Shown: one piece after another, positions 48,230 to 57,829 of the stretch | Position numbering within the stretch: the stretch's first letter is position 1 | Layout: each line of letters begins with the position of its first letter | Source: Escherichia phage VerenaGrendelmeier_Bas101 | Strand: one strand, 5' to 3' | Sequence record: PQ850631.1 | Length of the DNA: 64,000 nucleotides | Translations under genes and position numbers: made by a program | Notes under the pieces: generated by a model | What the model saw: only the letters and a program-made list of their open reading frames with translations | Told to the model about the DNA's origin: nothing | The model's database searches: none

Positions 48230-48516
48230 ATATTGTAATTCTTTATGGTGAAAATATCAGCGATGACGACATCGAAGTTGCCGTTGATGTTTACGGTATC
48301 GATGAGGTGAAACGTGTTGAAGAAATTAGTGGCGCAAATCTCAATGAGATTGTCAAAGAAGCTGGTTGCCCTTCGGAAGAGATTCTGGTGGTTACTAACG
48401 ATGACCTGTCTTCTATGGATCATTTGCGCCGCATCTTCACCGATTGCCAATACCTTCATGCTGTTCAATCAGTAAACAAATTGAGAAAGGCATACGCCAA
48501 CCAATTTCCTTGCTGA
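48226..48516 (+). CDS. hypothetical early protein
   Basis: 96-aa ORF. Confidence 0.4.
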   Translation: MNIVILYGENISDDDIEVAVDVYGIDEVKRVEEISGANLNEIVKEAGCPSEEILVVTNDDLSSMDHLRRIFTDCQYLHAVQSVNKLRKAYANQFPC

Positions 48517-48565
48517 TAGTTCACCAGTTATATTGCTTTAAATTGAGTTTTACTATATTAATATA

Positions 48566-48592
48566 CAACGCCAGATTTCTGGCGTTTATTTA
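48566..48592 (+). terminator. rho-independent terminator-like hairpin
   Basis: CGCCAGA / TCTGGCG stem followed by TTTATTT. Confidence 0.4.
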
Positions 48593-48652
48593 CCGCACCC
48601 TGAAAGGATATATCCATGCAACAATATAACAAAGCCGTATCAGGAGGATTAA

Positions 48653-50323
48653 ATGTCAATTAATAATGACAATCTTCCAGAGGATACAGGTGATGAATTT
48701 GGTGCAATCTTTGACGAAATTCAAGATGCAGGCGTTTCGGAAGAAATGCAGGCAGCAGAGCAGCAAGGCACCAGAGCTAAAATCAGCCTTCAACACAAAG
48801 CCGTTGAAAAAGATTCAGAGCGCATGGAGTGTTACGGTGAAGAAGACTTGGTTGAAAGAGCACGCTTGCTCGCCTCACTTCAGGTAATCAAGTTCCCTCA
48901 CTACAAGCCGACCAAAGATGACTTCGTTCTACAGGCAGACCGGACGAGTGACATGAACCGCTATGCGGTGTTCGACGCGTTGTTTGATAAGGGAAGTGGC
49001 ATTGTTCCATTCCCTCACAAAGATACTTTTCGTGGGCGCTTAGTCGACCATCGCGGCGAAACATTCACTGACCGTACCTTGGAAGTCACAGAGATAGTTG
49101 CCGCTGTCGACGCAGCAGGGCTGTCTAACCCAAACTCACGTCAGGTTGCTCAATCCTATAAGGAATGGGCCATGCGTTATCAGCGCGACGACCTGATGGA
49201 CTTCTTCTACAAGAAGCTGCCTGAATGGGACGGTACTGCGCGCATCGAGAAATACCTTATCGAGCTATTCCGACCGTTCGATACAGAGTTAAACCGACAA
49301 ATCGGTGTGTATTTTTGGCTATCGCTCTACAACCGCCTGACCAACCCTGGCTGTCAAGCGCCAATCTCCATCGCGCTCATCGGCGGCCAGAACGCAGGGA
49401 AGAGTTATTTTAGCAAGCTGCTTTGCGAAGCTATTATGAACGACCGCCACGCAACACCGATTCCGTTGAACTTAGCCGCGCAAAACTTCAACCCGTTCTT
49501 GCGAGCTATTACGGGTCGCTCGATTATCGCGAACGTCGGCGAGATGACAGGCTTTAAAAAGGCCGACATCGAAAACATGAAAGCATTCCTGACTAAGACG
49601 GAAGATGACCTGGACTTCAAATTTGAAGATACGCAGGTTAAACCACGCCAGTGGATTGCTATCATGGACGGCAACGAATACGCAGGCATGCAGCGTGATG
49701 ACACGGGCAACCGTCGTGTGTATCCTATCTTTGTTGGCCAACTCGCCGACAAGGACGGGCAACCGAACTGGTCGAAAGATTTCCAAGCTGACCTTTCCAC
49801 TTTGAAAGAAGACGTTTGGCAGCTTATGGCTGAGTGCGCTGCGTGGATGGAGAAGCACGGCGAAGCAGGCTATAACGCGTTTGTTGGTGAAACATCTCGC
49901 ATGCTTACTGAGTTCAGTAAAAACGAGATGGAACGCGCTCGCGGCGTTATCCGTGATGAGATGGTTGACAACGACCTTGTTGAAGTCGTCATCACCGCGC
50001 CTTATGATCGACATCACAGCGGACGCTGGCACATCACCAGTGGTGCTATTGCTATGGGATTCAGAGCGAAGTGCGGCAAGTCGCCTTTCTCTCGTACCCT
50101 TGCGCCGCACATGTCGAAGCTTGGTTTTGAGCCTGCAACCTATCGCAACCAGCGCGGTTACTTTACGCCGCTGATTAAGAATGAAGCAGGGGAATACATT
50201 TCTGATTTGATGACCATCTTAGCGTATCTTATCCGCGATGAGTCTGACCCTGAAGATATTGAATTCTTGAAGAAGGTTATCGAGCGTAAACGTTCTTTGG
50301 GAAGAGATAAGGATGAATTCTGA
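48653..50323 (+). CDS. primase-associated P-loop ATPase/helicase (VirE / D5-like)
   Basis: 556 aa; Walker A IGGQNAGKSY; overall resemblance to phage/plasmid primase C-terminal ATPase. Confidence 0.5.
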   Translation: MSINNDNLPEDTGDEFGAIFDEIQDAGVSEEMQAAEQQGTRAKISLQHKAVEKDSERMECYGEEDLVERARLLASLQVIKFPHYKPTKDDFVLQADRTSDMNRYAVFDALFDKGSGIVPFPHKDTFRGRLVDHRGETFTDRTLEVTEIVAAVDAAGLSNPNSRQVAQSYKEWAMRYQRDDLMDFFYKKLPEWDGTARIEKYLIELFRPFDTELNRQIGVYFWLSLYNRLTNPGCQAPISIALIGGQNAGKSYFSKLLCEAIMNDRHATPIPLNLAAQNFNPFLRAITGRSIIANVGEMTGFKKADIENMKAFLTKTEDDLDFKFEDTQVKPRQWIAIMDGNEYAGMQRDDTGNRRVYPIFVGQLADKDGQPNWSKDFQADLSTLKEDVWQLMAECAAWMEKHGEAGYNAFVGETSRMLTEFSKNEMERARGVIRDEMVDNDLVEVVITAPYDRHHSGRWHITSGAIAMGFRAKCGKSPFSRTLAPHMSKLGFEPATYRNQRGYFTPLIKNEAGEYISDLMTILAYLIRDESDPEDIEFLKKVIERKRSLGRDKDEF

Positions 50324-50970
50324 TGAATAAAGCAATCAACATCGCTAAATTCTTTCAACATCTTGGTGAACTGAACAAAGAAAGTGACGTTCACGGCGAA
50401 GAAATGAACCGGATGATCTCAACCGTGTTGCGTGGCTTTGGTTATGATAAGGACTCAATCACTTGCAAGCGTACAAAGCTTGTTGATGAGTCTTATCTTT
50501 ACTACGTAGAGTTGCGCATCGGGAAAGATGTGATGATCATTGACCCTAAACTGGAAGGGGCGCACTGTTTTGGCGCTCACCCTCGTGCGAGTGAATTCAA
50601 GGGTCGCGGTCGCAACCGAATCCAGAAGCTTGATGACGCAGGTGACTTGAACATTGCCATGTTCCTTAAAGAGTTCCTTGCGCTACCGAAGGTTGCATCA
50701 TCCACTGGTCGTGATGACCCTTGCAAGATTGGATTCCGAACTAAAGATTTGCGCAATGCGCTACGCAAGAAGGGATTTGTGCCTTCTTATGACAACGTCG
50801 CCGCGCTGATGGCTTCAATGGAGGAAGCTGAAGCGATGGACAAGGTGCGCGGCTATTTCCTGAATACAGGCTTCACCATGTATGAATGGCACACGAAGGG
50901 ATTGACTGTCGCCGACTTCATCTATTCATTAGAGCAGAAGTATGTACGCAATATGCAGGCCACAGGATAA
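50323..50970 (+). CDS. hypothetical early protein
   Basis: 215-aa ORF coupled to upstream gene. Confidence 0.45.
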   Translation: MNKAINIAKFFQHLGELNKESDVHGEEMNRMISTVLRGFGYDKDSITCKRTKLVDESYLYYVELRIGKDVMIIDPKLEGAHCFGAHPRASEFKGRGRNRIQKLDDAGDLNIAMFLKEFLALPKVASSTGRDDPCKIGFRTKDLRNALRKKGFVPSYDNVAALMASMEEAEAMDKVRGYFLNTGFTMYEWHTKGLTVADFIYSLEQKYVRNMQATG

Positions 50971-51009
50971 TTATCATCAAAATATTTGCTTTTCTGACGA
51001 GGTGATATT

Positions 51010-51234
51010 ATGATTAATTTAGACAGGATTGAGTTAGCACTTAGTACCTTAATCAAATATTACCAGTTTGCTTTTAAGGCTAGTTTGTTCGGCTTGTTCA
51101 ATCCTCATCAAGCAGCAAAGGCGCGAAGCAATGCTAACCGCCTGCGCTGTACTGGTATAGTTATCCACGACCGGATATTGACAGAGGGTAGATTCAGCCA
51201 TGAATACACAAGGGAGAATAACAAAGCAACGTAG
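51010..51234 (+). CDS. hypothetical small protein
   Basis: 74-aa ORF behind GAGGTGA RBS. Confidence 0.3.
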   Translation: MINLDRIELALSTLIKYYQFAFKASLFGLFNPHQAAKARSNANRLRCTGIVIHDRILTEGRFSHEYTRENNKAT

Positions 51235-51409
51235 GGCTTTACAAGTCCTCATCCACTACCTGTCACGCCTTTATCCAACGGCGCACGAGCAGAATCCATC
51301 AACGGGTCACCTGTTTAAGCGCCGTAACCTTTCGTTGAAAACATTCGCTTTAATCCAATACGACCGCTACCTGGACGGGCGCTACTGCGGCCCGAAGGAT
51401 TCTCTATGA
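51200..51409 (+). CDS. hypothetical small protein
   Basis: 69-aa ORF; overlaps neighbours; uncertain. Confidence 0.25.
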   Translation: MNTQGRITKQRRALQVLIHYLSRLYPTAHEQNPSTGHLFKRRNLSLKTFALIQYDRYLDGRYCGPKDSL

Positions 51410-51684
51410 TTACTACATACAAAGTATTCTTTGTCAAGTGCACATCATCTATTGATGACCAATTTACTGCTGACAAGAATTATCCCGTGATTTCTGAGTC
51501 AAGGCTAGATATAATCTTGAATGATCATGAGATCTATGAGCCGATGCCAGCGACTGCGTTTGATGTTATCGGTCACGTTCGGATTAAGACGAATGTTGAG
51601 ACGATGCATGACCCGTTGTTCAAGAAGCAAATCAAGAATGCTATGCAAGACTTTTGCGCGGCTATGTTTAAATATTATAAGTGA
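51406..51684 (+). CDS. hypothetical small protein
   Basis: 92-aa ORF. Confidence 0.35.
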   Translation: MITTYKVFFVKCTSSIDDQFTADKNYPVISESRLDIILNDHEIYEPMPATAFDVIGHVRIKTNVETMHDPLFKKQIKNAMQDFCAAMFKYYK

Positions 51685-51691
51685 GTTGAAG

Positions 51692-51913
51692 ATGAGCAAG
51701 AAAACCCTTAAGGCTGGCGACCGTATCCGTTGGGTATCAGGACAACATGTGCGAGCAGGAACCATCCTTGAGCTGGATGAATACCTTACCGATTCTCGCG
51801 GTCGCAATCATTACCGTGTAAGAATCGATACAGTAAAAGAAGATGACAAATCAATGGTTGGTGAAGTGGTCATCGTTACTCCACGTCAAATTAAGGCGGC
51901 TTGTGAAGCATGA
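51692..51913 (+). CDS. hypothetical small protein
   Basis: start moved to ATG 51692; 73 aa. Confidence 0.35.
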   Translation: MSKKTLKAGDRIRWVSGQHVRAGTILELDEYLTDSRGRNHYRVRIDTVKEDDKSMVGEVVIVTPRQIKAACEA

Positions 51914-52064
51914 ATAAATATCAATTTAGCGATAATAAAATCAGTAAGGCAGATGCAATCAAGCAGCTTCGCCGCGTACTTGAAGCCAGCGGACATACGA
52001 AAGAGCGTGCACGCGTCCTGGCCAAAGAGCATTATAAACGTTTTGTGTCACAAATCAGAGGTTA
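51909..52064 (+). CDS. hypothetical small protein (51 aa)
   Basis: ATGA start/stop overlap with upstream gene; not in ORF track. Confidence 0.3.
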
Positions 52065-52067
52065 ATT

Positions 52068-52559
52068 ATGATCATTCATCGCCCTTTAATGTTAAACAAA
52101 GAAGAGTGTGAAGAAATTTTACACGCATTGAGACGTGCAGAGGCAGATGTCAACATTCGTGTAAAGGTAAGAAACTTTATCATGAATGAGTTTAAAGGTT
52201 ATGATGTTGACTATGCCATCGATAAATTACTGAATCGAAACGTCAAGGGTGCAACAAGACCTATTCACCATCAATCACGTTGCGTAAGAGTTCCTATTAA
52301 AACTTATGTTGATAAAAAGCCGCGCCTTAAGCCAATTGACATATTTGACATAAAGAACGGCTACTCAATCATAAGCAAGGACGCGGAAGAGGGTGCAATT
52401 CCTGTCAATGGCCGAGTGATTCACGTGTCGCACGATGCTGATCAGACTTTAATTCAATGGGTAAGGTTTGATAACACTGGCGGCGGCAAATATCGCTACT
52501 ATGGCGACGAGCGATTCACCACTAAATTCTATAAGGTACTCGACCATGGCTCATGTTAA
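52068..52559 (+). CDS. hypothetical early protein
   Basis: 163-aa ORF. Confidence 0.45.
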   Translation: MIIHRPLMLNKEECEEILHALRRAEADVNIRVKVRNFIMNEFKGYDVDYAIDKLLNRNVKGATRPIHHQSRCVRVPIKTYVDKKPRLKPIDIFDIKNGYSIISKDAEEGAIPVNGRVIHVSHDADQTLIQWVRFDNTGGGKYRYYGDERFTTKFYKVLDHGSC

Positions 52560-52893
52560 AGACGAAGTGCTGTTTGGCGCAGAGATTAAGAAACGTGTCA
52601 GAGAAATGGCAGGAGAAGAAAGAATGAAGTCGCTGCGAAAAGGTTTTGATCACATCAATGGCGTATCCGGCACGAAGGAGATGGGCGTGTTGGTAAAAGA
52701 CATTCGCATTGGCGATGTCATGGTCATCGACCGACAAGCGCGCGTCGTTATCCAGGTACAGCCGAACGATGATGAAGGTTGTGTCCTATTGAAGCTGAAG
52801 AAGCTTTCATCCAGCCCAGCGAAAGCCGTCATCAAGAAGGTATGGCCCGAAGGATTACGCAAACTCATTCGTCGACCCGTGGAGAATGTTTAA
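52546..52893 (+). CDS. hypothetical small protein
   Basis: start moved to ATG 52546. Confidence 0.35.
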   Translation: MAHVKDEVLFGAEIKKRVREMAGEERMKSLRKGFDHINGVSGTKEMGVLVKDIRIGDVMVIDRQARVVIQVQPNDDEGCVLLKLKKLSSSPAKAVIKKVWPEGLRKLIRRPVENV

Positions 52894-53129
52894 TGGAAGA
52901 TTATATCAACGCTATGTATATGGCATTCTATGTCGTGCAACTTCCCAATGGCGCGGTATTTTATGGCGAGTATACCTTTGACGTTCAATATGACGTTTCA
53001 GAGCGTACAGTGTTAACAAGGGAGTTGATTGCGGACCTTAAGGACGACATCAAACGCGTCGCGCGGCAGCAGTTCAATTTGGATGACACAGTCATCGTTC
53101 GAATTACCGGAATAACAGAGGTGCAGTGA
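52893..53129 (+). CDS. hypothetical small protein
   Basis: start moved to ATG 52893. Confidence 0.35.
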   Translation: MEDYINAMYMAFYVVQLPNGAVFYGEYTFDVQYDVSERTVLTRELIADLKDDIKRVARQQFNLDDTVIVRITGITEVQ

Positions 53130-53458
53130 TGACCCGTGATCAGATACTCGCCGCGCATGAGCGTGGACTGATAAAGGAAGTGTGGAAGAAGGCCAATGCA
53201 TTTGCTGATTCTTATTACTTCTTAAAGAAGTGCATAAAAGAAAATGCAAGAATGGGCAACACAGTATTGACTTTCAATCTTCTGTCTTATGGCGAAAGGC
53301 TTAATGCAATATATGCTTGTAGACTAGCCAGCATGAAGTTTGATAGAGGAAATGACGGAGAGTTGACCATCTATCGATTCTCTCACCGGACGGGTGATAC
53401 AAAGATAACAAGGACACGTGAACAGATAGAGATTGACCTACTCCACTATGTAAAATGA
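53126..53458 (+). CDS. hypothetical early protein
   Basis: 110-aa ORF, followed by terminator. Confidence 0.45.
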   Translation: MMTRDQILAAHERGLIKEVWKKANAFADSYYFLKKCIKENARMGNTVLTFNLLSYGERLNAIYACRLASMKFDRGNDGELTIYRFSHRTGDTKITRTREQIEIDLLHYVK

Positions 53459-53463
53459 ATATC

Positions 53464-53511
53464 AAAAAGGTGAGCTAAATGCTTGCCTTTTCTTTTATCA
53501 ATACCTATACT
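53464..53511 (+). terminator. terminator-promoter cassette, copy 1
   Basis: GGTGAGC / GCTTGCC stem with G-U wobbles 53469-53487, U-run; descending arm supplies TTGCCT -35 (53483-53488), 17-bp spacer, TATACT 53506-53511. Confidence 0.55.
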
Positions 53512-53543
53512 CTTTTCATCAAGACGAACAATTGAGGTGAATT

Positions 53544-53861
53544 ATGATTTACTTAGGAATGGACCAGGAACAAAACGAGTTGCTAGGAAGCGTGTTAAAC
53601 GTAGACTTGAACACAGCTGTACACATCAAGCCTTGGCCAGAGGACCACGGCGACGTAGTTGTACCCGTTGCGCCTTGGACGCGTTACGTGGCCATTGACA
53701 ATGACGGCCTCGTACATTGTTATTCAGAAAAGCCGACTTACTTCGAAAAGTATCACCAATGGCTGATGACTGGATGGGCAAAGGTGCGCTGTTGCGGCGA
53801 AGTCAGTCTGGAAGGCTGGAGCTTCGAGGCTAGTGAATCGTGTGTCGAGGTGAAATTATGA
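53544..53861 (+). CDS. hypothetical early protein
   Basis: 105-aa ORF; shares A.D..G....EKP....QWL motif with 57338..57829. Confidence 0.45.
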   Translation: MIYLGMDQEQNELLGSVLNVDLNTAVHIKPWPEDHGDVVVPVAPWTRYVAIDNDGLVHCYSEKPTYFEKYHQWLMTGWAKVRCCGEVSLEGWSFEASESCVEVKL

Positions 53862-54076
53862 ATGCCGCGCTGGGTAAGTTGTCGTTCAATAAGCGTAACG
53901 AATTGCGCATGGTGTCGCGCTTTCAACAAACGCATTTATCACTAATCAAGATTGCAAACAAGGCCTACTCTCTAAATTGTCCTGAAGAAGAATGGAAAGA
54001 ATTGAATGAGCGTCATAAACAATTACAAAAGGCTGCATTTAAGCTGCAGCAATATGCTATGGAGTATGCAAAATGA
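53858..54076 (+). CDS. hypothetical small protein
   Basis: start moved to ATG 53858. Confidence 0.35.
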   Translation: MNAALGKLSFNKRNELRMVSRFQQTHLSLIKIANKAYSLNCPEEEWKELNERHKQLQKAAFKLQQYAMEYAK

Positions 54077-54456
54077 GAATGAAGCGTTGCCCTTACTGCC
54101 ACGATGTGATGCATCTTCCACACGAAGAGTTTGTGCAGCACATGACTAACTGTGATAAGAATCCTAAGAGCGAAAGCCAACTTGAAGAAAGAATGTTCTT
54201 GGTGTCATTCAAAGCTTCTGCTTATGAAGTGCAACGTTCTTACGGCGCACCAAGTACGATTTACTGTCCAACAACGTTGAGAAGCGACATCGACTCAATT
54301 CAGCTTTCGACTTGGATTAACGTTAAGGAAGGAGTCACGCCTCACTTTATTGCGCGCATTCAATCTCAGATTCTACAAATCAAGCGCGAATACAACCGTG
54401 ACATCACTGAAGTGAAGGTGTTGTCTATCACGCCGATGAATAAGGAGATGCCGTGA
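54073..54456 (+). CDS. zinc-finger-like early protein
   Basis: 127 aa; N-terminal CPYCHDVMHLPHEEFVQHMTNC. Confidence 0.4.
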   Translation: MRMKRCPYCHDVMHLPHEEFVQHMTNCDKNPKSESQLEERMFLVSFKASAYEVQRSYGAPSTIYCPTTLRSDIDSIQLSTWINVKEGVTPHFIARIQSQILQIKREYNRDITEVKVLSITPMNKEMP

Positions 54457-54713
54457 ACAAGGGTCCGATGACGAAGTTGGCCGTTGCCGCGCGGAAGCTT
54501 CGACAAGCCGTTAATGGGTCGCGGCCCGTGGCATTAACACTCGACGACGCAAAGGCACTGGTAGAGCTACTCGACGAGCACAACCGACGCAAGAATCTGG
54601 AGAACACATTACGCTGGCGCGTTACTCCGAAAGGGCGGGAGAGTGAAAAGAAAGCTTACTTGCGACGCAAACTAAGGTCAGTCGGCCTCCACGAAGAAGC
54701 AAAGAATATTTAA
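54453..54713 (+). CDS. hypothetical small protein
   Basis: 86-aa ORF, followed by terminator. Confidence 0.4.
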   Translation: MNKGPMTKLAVAARKLRQAVNGSRPVALTLDDAKALVELLDEHNRRKNLENTLRWRVTPKGRESEKKAYLRRKLRSVGLHEEAKNI

Positions 54714-54716
54714 TTC

Positions 54717-54763
54717 AAAAAGGTGAGCTATATGCTTGCCTTTTTATTTGACTGTATTATACT
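54717..54763 (+). terminator. terminator-promoter cassette, copy 2
   Basis: near-identical to copy 1: stem 54722-54740, U-run, TTGCCT 54736-54741, 16-bp spacer, TATACT 54758-54763. Confidence 0.55.
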
Positions 54764-54791
54764 TAGTTCATCAAGCAAAGGAGATTTGATT

Positions 54792-55043
54792 ATGCGTATC
54801 AAACCAGCAACCCATCGAGTCCAAGACCTAAGTGGCTTTCTTGAGAAGCAAATTAACATTAATGAATTGAAAGGTGATATTTCAGCGTATTTTTCAATTA
54901 AGCAGATGCAGTTGGATGCGCAAGAAGATGGTGATATGGAAATGGCTGCTGCATTTGGATCAAGTATGAGACAGATTCGTGAGAAGTATGACGAAAGAGT
55001 TTGGAAAAAAGAGATTGGATTGATTCAAGCAAAGGAGAAATGA
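54792..55043 (+). CDS. hypothetical small protein
   Basis: start moved to ATG 54792 behind AAGGAG, downstream of the terminator-promoter element. Confidence 0.4.
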   Translation: MRIKPATHRVQDLSGFLEKQININELKGDISAYFSIKQMQLDAQEDGDMEMAAAFGSSMRQIREKYDERVWKKEIGLIQAKEK

Positions 55044-55045
55044 TT

Positions 55046-55351
55046 ATGAGTTACGACGAAAGGTTTGGCAGAAGCGTATTGTTTCATGATGCTGTTTGGA
55101 TGGACAGCCAAGATGTTGTCTGCGTAGCGTTGAATGAATCTTATAACGGTGTGCTCAAGCCGTTCAAAATCGGTGAGACATACGAGCTGTTTCACGGATG
55201 GTTGACGCGTCGCAACAACCTTCCTGATATGGAAGTCTGGTGGATAGAATACAAGGGTCAGGCTCATCGGTGCAAGGTTGTAGAGATGCACGGCGTCAAA
55301 TACTATCAATCGATTATCAGCGGCTTTGTTTTTAAAGAGGGTGAGATATGA
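55046..55351 (+). CDS. hypothetical small protein
   Basis: start moved to ATG 55046. Confidence 0.4.
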   Translation: MSYDERFGRSVLFHDAVWMDSQDVVCVALNESYNGVLKPFKIGETYELFHGWLTRRNNLPDMEVWWIEYKGQAHRCKVVEMHGVKYYQSIISGFVFKEGEI

Positions 55352-55653
55352 GCACCGAAGCGATGAAGAGCAAGTTGTTGAAGGTGATGCAGGCCGCTGT
55401 CGAGTGCGGCGCTATTCAGGATTTCAAAGAGACGCAAGAAGGCGGTGAGCCAGTATTCTTCTTCAAGAACAAGAAAGGTGCGGCGGCTGCGGTGATGCTC
55501 TTGAAGAACAGCGACACGACCTTTATCCTTTGCGCAGGCGGTTATGACCTTGTTGCCGATGACTCTTACATCACCTGCGCGACGGGTATTAATCCTATGT
55601 TAACGTTCGAGCGTCGCGGTATTCGTGTTGCGACATTTGGAGGCTGTTTATGA
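55348..55653 (+). CDS. hypothetical early protein
   Basis: 101 aa; N-terminus resembles that of 56163..56672. Confidence 0.4.
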   Translation: MSTEAMKSKLLKVMQAAVECGAIQDFKETQEGGEPVFFFKNKKGAAAAVMLLKNSDTTFILCAGGYDLVADDSYITCATGINPMLTFERRGIRVATFGGCL

Positions 55654-55946
55654 AACTAAGTTTAGCACAAGTCCAAACATTATACCGTATGGAAGACGGG
55701 ACGCGATATATGTTGCGTGGCGATTGCAAGAAGGCTCATGAGAAGCGCCCATCGCTGTTTCATGACGTCAATGCACCATCAATCCCTGTCTTGTTTCGCC
55801 TTGGGCTTGTTGATTGGGCGGTTCAAGGAGAAAAAGACCCAAGGCTATATTCATTTGTGGTGATGACAAAGAAGGGTCGCGAGGCATTACAAGGAATTAA
55901 AGAGAATATGAGAAGAGGAAAATACTATTATGACATCCAACCTTAA
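55650..55946 (+). CDS. hypothetical early protein
   Basis: 98-aa ORF. Confidence 0.4.
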   Translation: MKLSLAQVQTLYRMEDGTRYMLRGDCKKAHEKRPSLFHDVNAPSIPVLFRLGLVDWAVQGEKDPRLYSFVVMTKKGREALQGIKENMRRGKYYYDIQP

Positions 55947-56166
55947 AGCCCGTTTATTATTCATCAAGCCGCATGTGCCGTATAAGATTAGTAAGCGCAC
56001 CTGGCTTAACATTTACAACCGCAGCGGCAACCGTTGTTTGTACAAGGCAAAGCGGCGCAAGAAGGTATATTTAAAGGCTGTGATGTCGCAACCCGTTGAT
56101 GCATTCAACATCGGCGAAAATGAATTGTCAATCGGCTATCAAATTGAACTAGGAGTAAAGAAATGA
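55930..56166 (+). CDS. hypothetical small basic protein
   Basis: 78-aa ORF. Confidence 0.35.
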   Translation: MTSNLKARLLFIKPHVPYKISKRTWLNIYNRSGNRCLYKAKRRKKVYLKAVMSQPVDAFNIGENELSIGYQIELGVKK

Positions 56167-56672
56167 AAATCGAACAACTCGAAGCAGTATTGGCAATGGC
56201 TGTTAAAGCAGGCGCAATCAAAAGCTGGCATCGCGAGAAGTCGGATGATGGCGCGCATTTTTGTCGCAACTTCTATATCGTCGGCAACCTTAACGACCAC
56301 TACACCATCGAGTGGTATATTAACATGATGACGCTTAAGTCGCGCACCATGGAGCTTTGGTTTGATGACGTTTGCCTTTCTCATAGCCACCCGTGCTACG
56401 ACGTTGCGCTTGGATTCTTTTACAAAAGCAACCAACCAATCGCCCACATCGGTGAGAAGCATGAGCATTTGAAGGATAAGCAAAAGACTGCTGACGGCTG
56501 GATTGATTGGGACGGCAGCGACTCGAATCCAGTACCAGGTAAGAAAGTTATGTATAAGCTTCGAGACGGTTATGAATCAAGAAGGCCTGTACTTTCGGAT
56601 AGTATGACATGGGAAATTGTCGGTAGACCTTTTGGCGACGACATCATCGCTTATCGCGTCGTGGAGGAATAA
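56163..56672 (+). CDS. early protein with shared C-terminal NPVPG...DIIAYRVV domain
   Basis: 169 aa; C-terminal 60 aa paralogous to C-terminus of 57826..58245. Confidence 0.45.
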   Translation: MKIEQLEAVLAMAVKAGAIKSWHREKSDDGAHFCRNFYIVGNLNDHYTIEWYINMMTLKSRTMELWFDDVCLSHSHPCYDVALGFFYKSNQPIAHIGEKHEHLKDKQKTADGWIDWDGSDSNPVPGKKVMYKLRDGYESRRPVLSDSMTWEIVGRPFGDDIIAYRVVEE

Positions 56673-57013
56673 TGGAAGAGCAAGAAGGACGTGAGCTAAC
56701 GTTCGACGAGCAGATGCAAGAGCTTCAGCGCACATCGCCGCTGCGCGGTAAGGTTGTTGACATCGAGGCGAGCAAGTCCAATCTCACTCAGTGGCGGCTC
56801 AAGTGCACCAGCACAAGCAAAGAACTGTCGAGCTTCAAAGTCGGTCAGACCTATTTGCTTTATGAGGCAAAAGGACTTATTATTGATGGAAGGCAAATTG
56901 TCTTCACGGTAGTCAGCGGAATGCGTTGGTTCGTGAAGCGTGATGTCGAGGGCCGTGACATGTTTGTCGCAGGCTTTCCAGAAACAAGATTCCAATTGGA
57001 GAAGGTTAAATGA
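56672..57013 (+). CDS. hypothetical early protein
   Basis: 113-aa ORF. Confidence 0.4.
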   Translation: MEEQEGRELTFDEQMQELQRTSPLRGKVVDIEASKSNLTQWRLKCTSTSKELSSFKVGQTYLLYEAKGLIIDGRQIVFTVVSGMRWFVKRDVEGRDMFVAGFPETRFQLEKVK

Positions 57014-57345
57014 AATTGAAATGGTACGTGGACCCTGAGCCGACAGGCTCATACAGGTCATTCCAACGTCGCGGCTGGCCGATTTGTTACAGCGGTAATC
57101 CCGATAAAGAAGACTGCGAGATGCTCGCCGCGATAGTAAGTCTTAATCATGACGGCTATGAAGGCCACTACGCGAGAGCAACCAACCTTCGGCTCAAGGT
57201 GCGCATCCATTTCAAGGTCGCAGGCGAGGACCGCACAGGACTCTCCAAGGAAGAGTTCAGCAGCATTGCCGAAGCAAAGGCATGGCTCAAGGCATTCTAT
57301 AAGAACAACCTAAATTTTATCCAACTAAGGACGCATCATGACTAA
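57010..57345 (+). CDS. hypothetical early protein
   Basis: 111-aa ORF. Confidence 0.4.
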   Translation: MKLKWYVDPEPTGSYRSFQRRGWPICYSGNPDKEDCEMLAAIVSLNHDGYEGHYARATNLRLKVRIHFKVAGEDRTGLSKEEFSSIAEAKAWLKAFYKNNLNFIQLRTHHD

Positions 57346-57829
57346 CAAAACGCAACGCATCAATTTTGAAGGTAAAGAATACGAAATAGACGCTCGTGCA
57401 AGATTCGTCGCGCGTGACTCTAACGGAACCATCTGGGCGTACGAGGAAAAACCTGTATGGGAAGAGCGGCGCGGCCAGTGGTTGTATGAAACATGCGGTT
57501 CAGTTTGGTGCGAGCGCATCGACCAAGTGAAGACGTTTGAAAAGAACAGGCCATCATCACGTGATTCATTGAAGGAAGTCGAATCAATCAAAATCAAAGA
57601 CCCAGCGCCGTCGACCGATAAACAATACGCAGTCGGGCAACGTGACATCGAGCAACTCGACGAGGGCGGCTATTATACGCGCCACATCCATGCCATGACT
57701 CAAGAAGGACTTTACAGCAAGTCGGACATCGCCGCTGAACTGGCCCATCGTGACTTACAAATCGACCTTCTCAAGATAGAAGTGCAGAACTTACGAAACA
57801 CCCTGTTAAATACTTGGAGCTTAAAATGA
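57338..57829 (+). CDS. hypothetical early protein
   Basis: 163-aa ORF; N-terminal motif shared with 53544..53861. Confidence 0.4.
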   Translation: MTNKTQRINFEGKEYEIDARARFVARDSNGTIWAYEEKPVWEERRGQWLYETCGSVWCERIDQVKTFEKNRPSSRDSLKEVESIKIKDPAPSTDKQYAVGQRDIEQLDEGGYYTRHIHAMTQEGLYSKSDIAAELAHRDLQIDLLKIEVQNLRNTLLNTWSLK

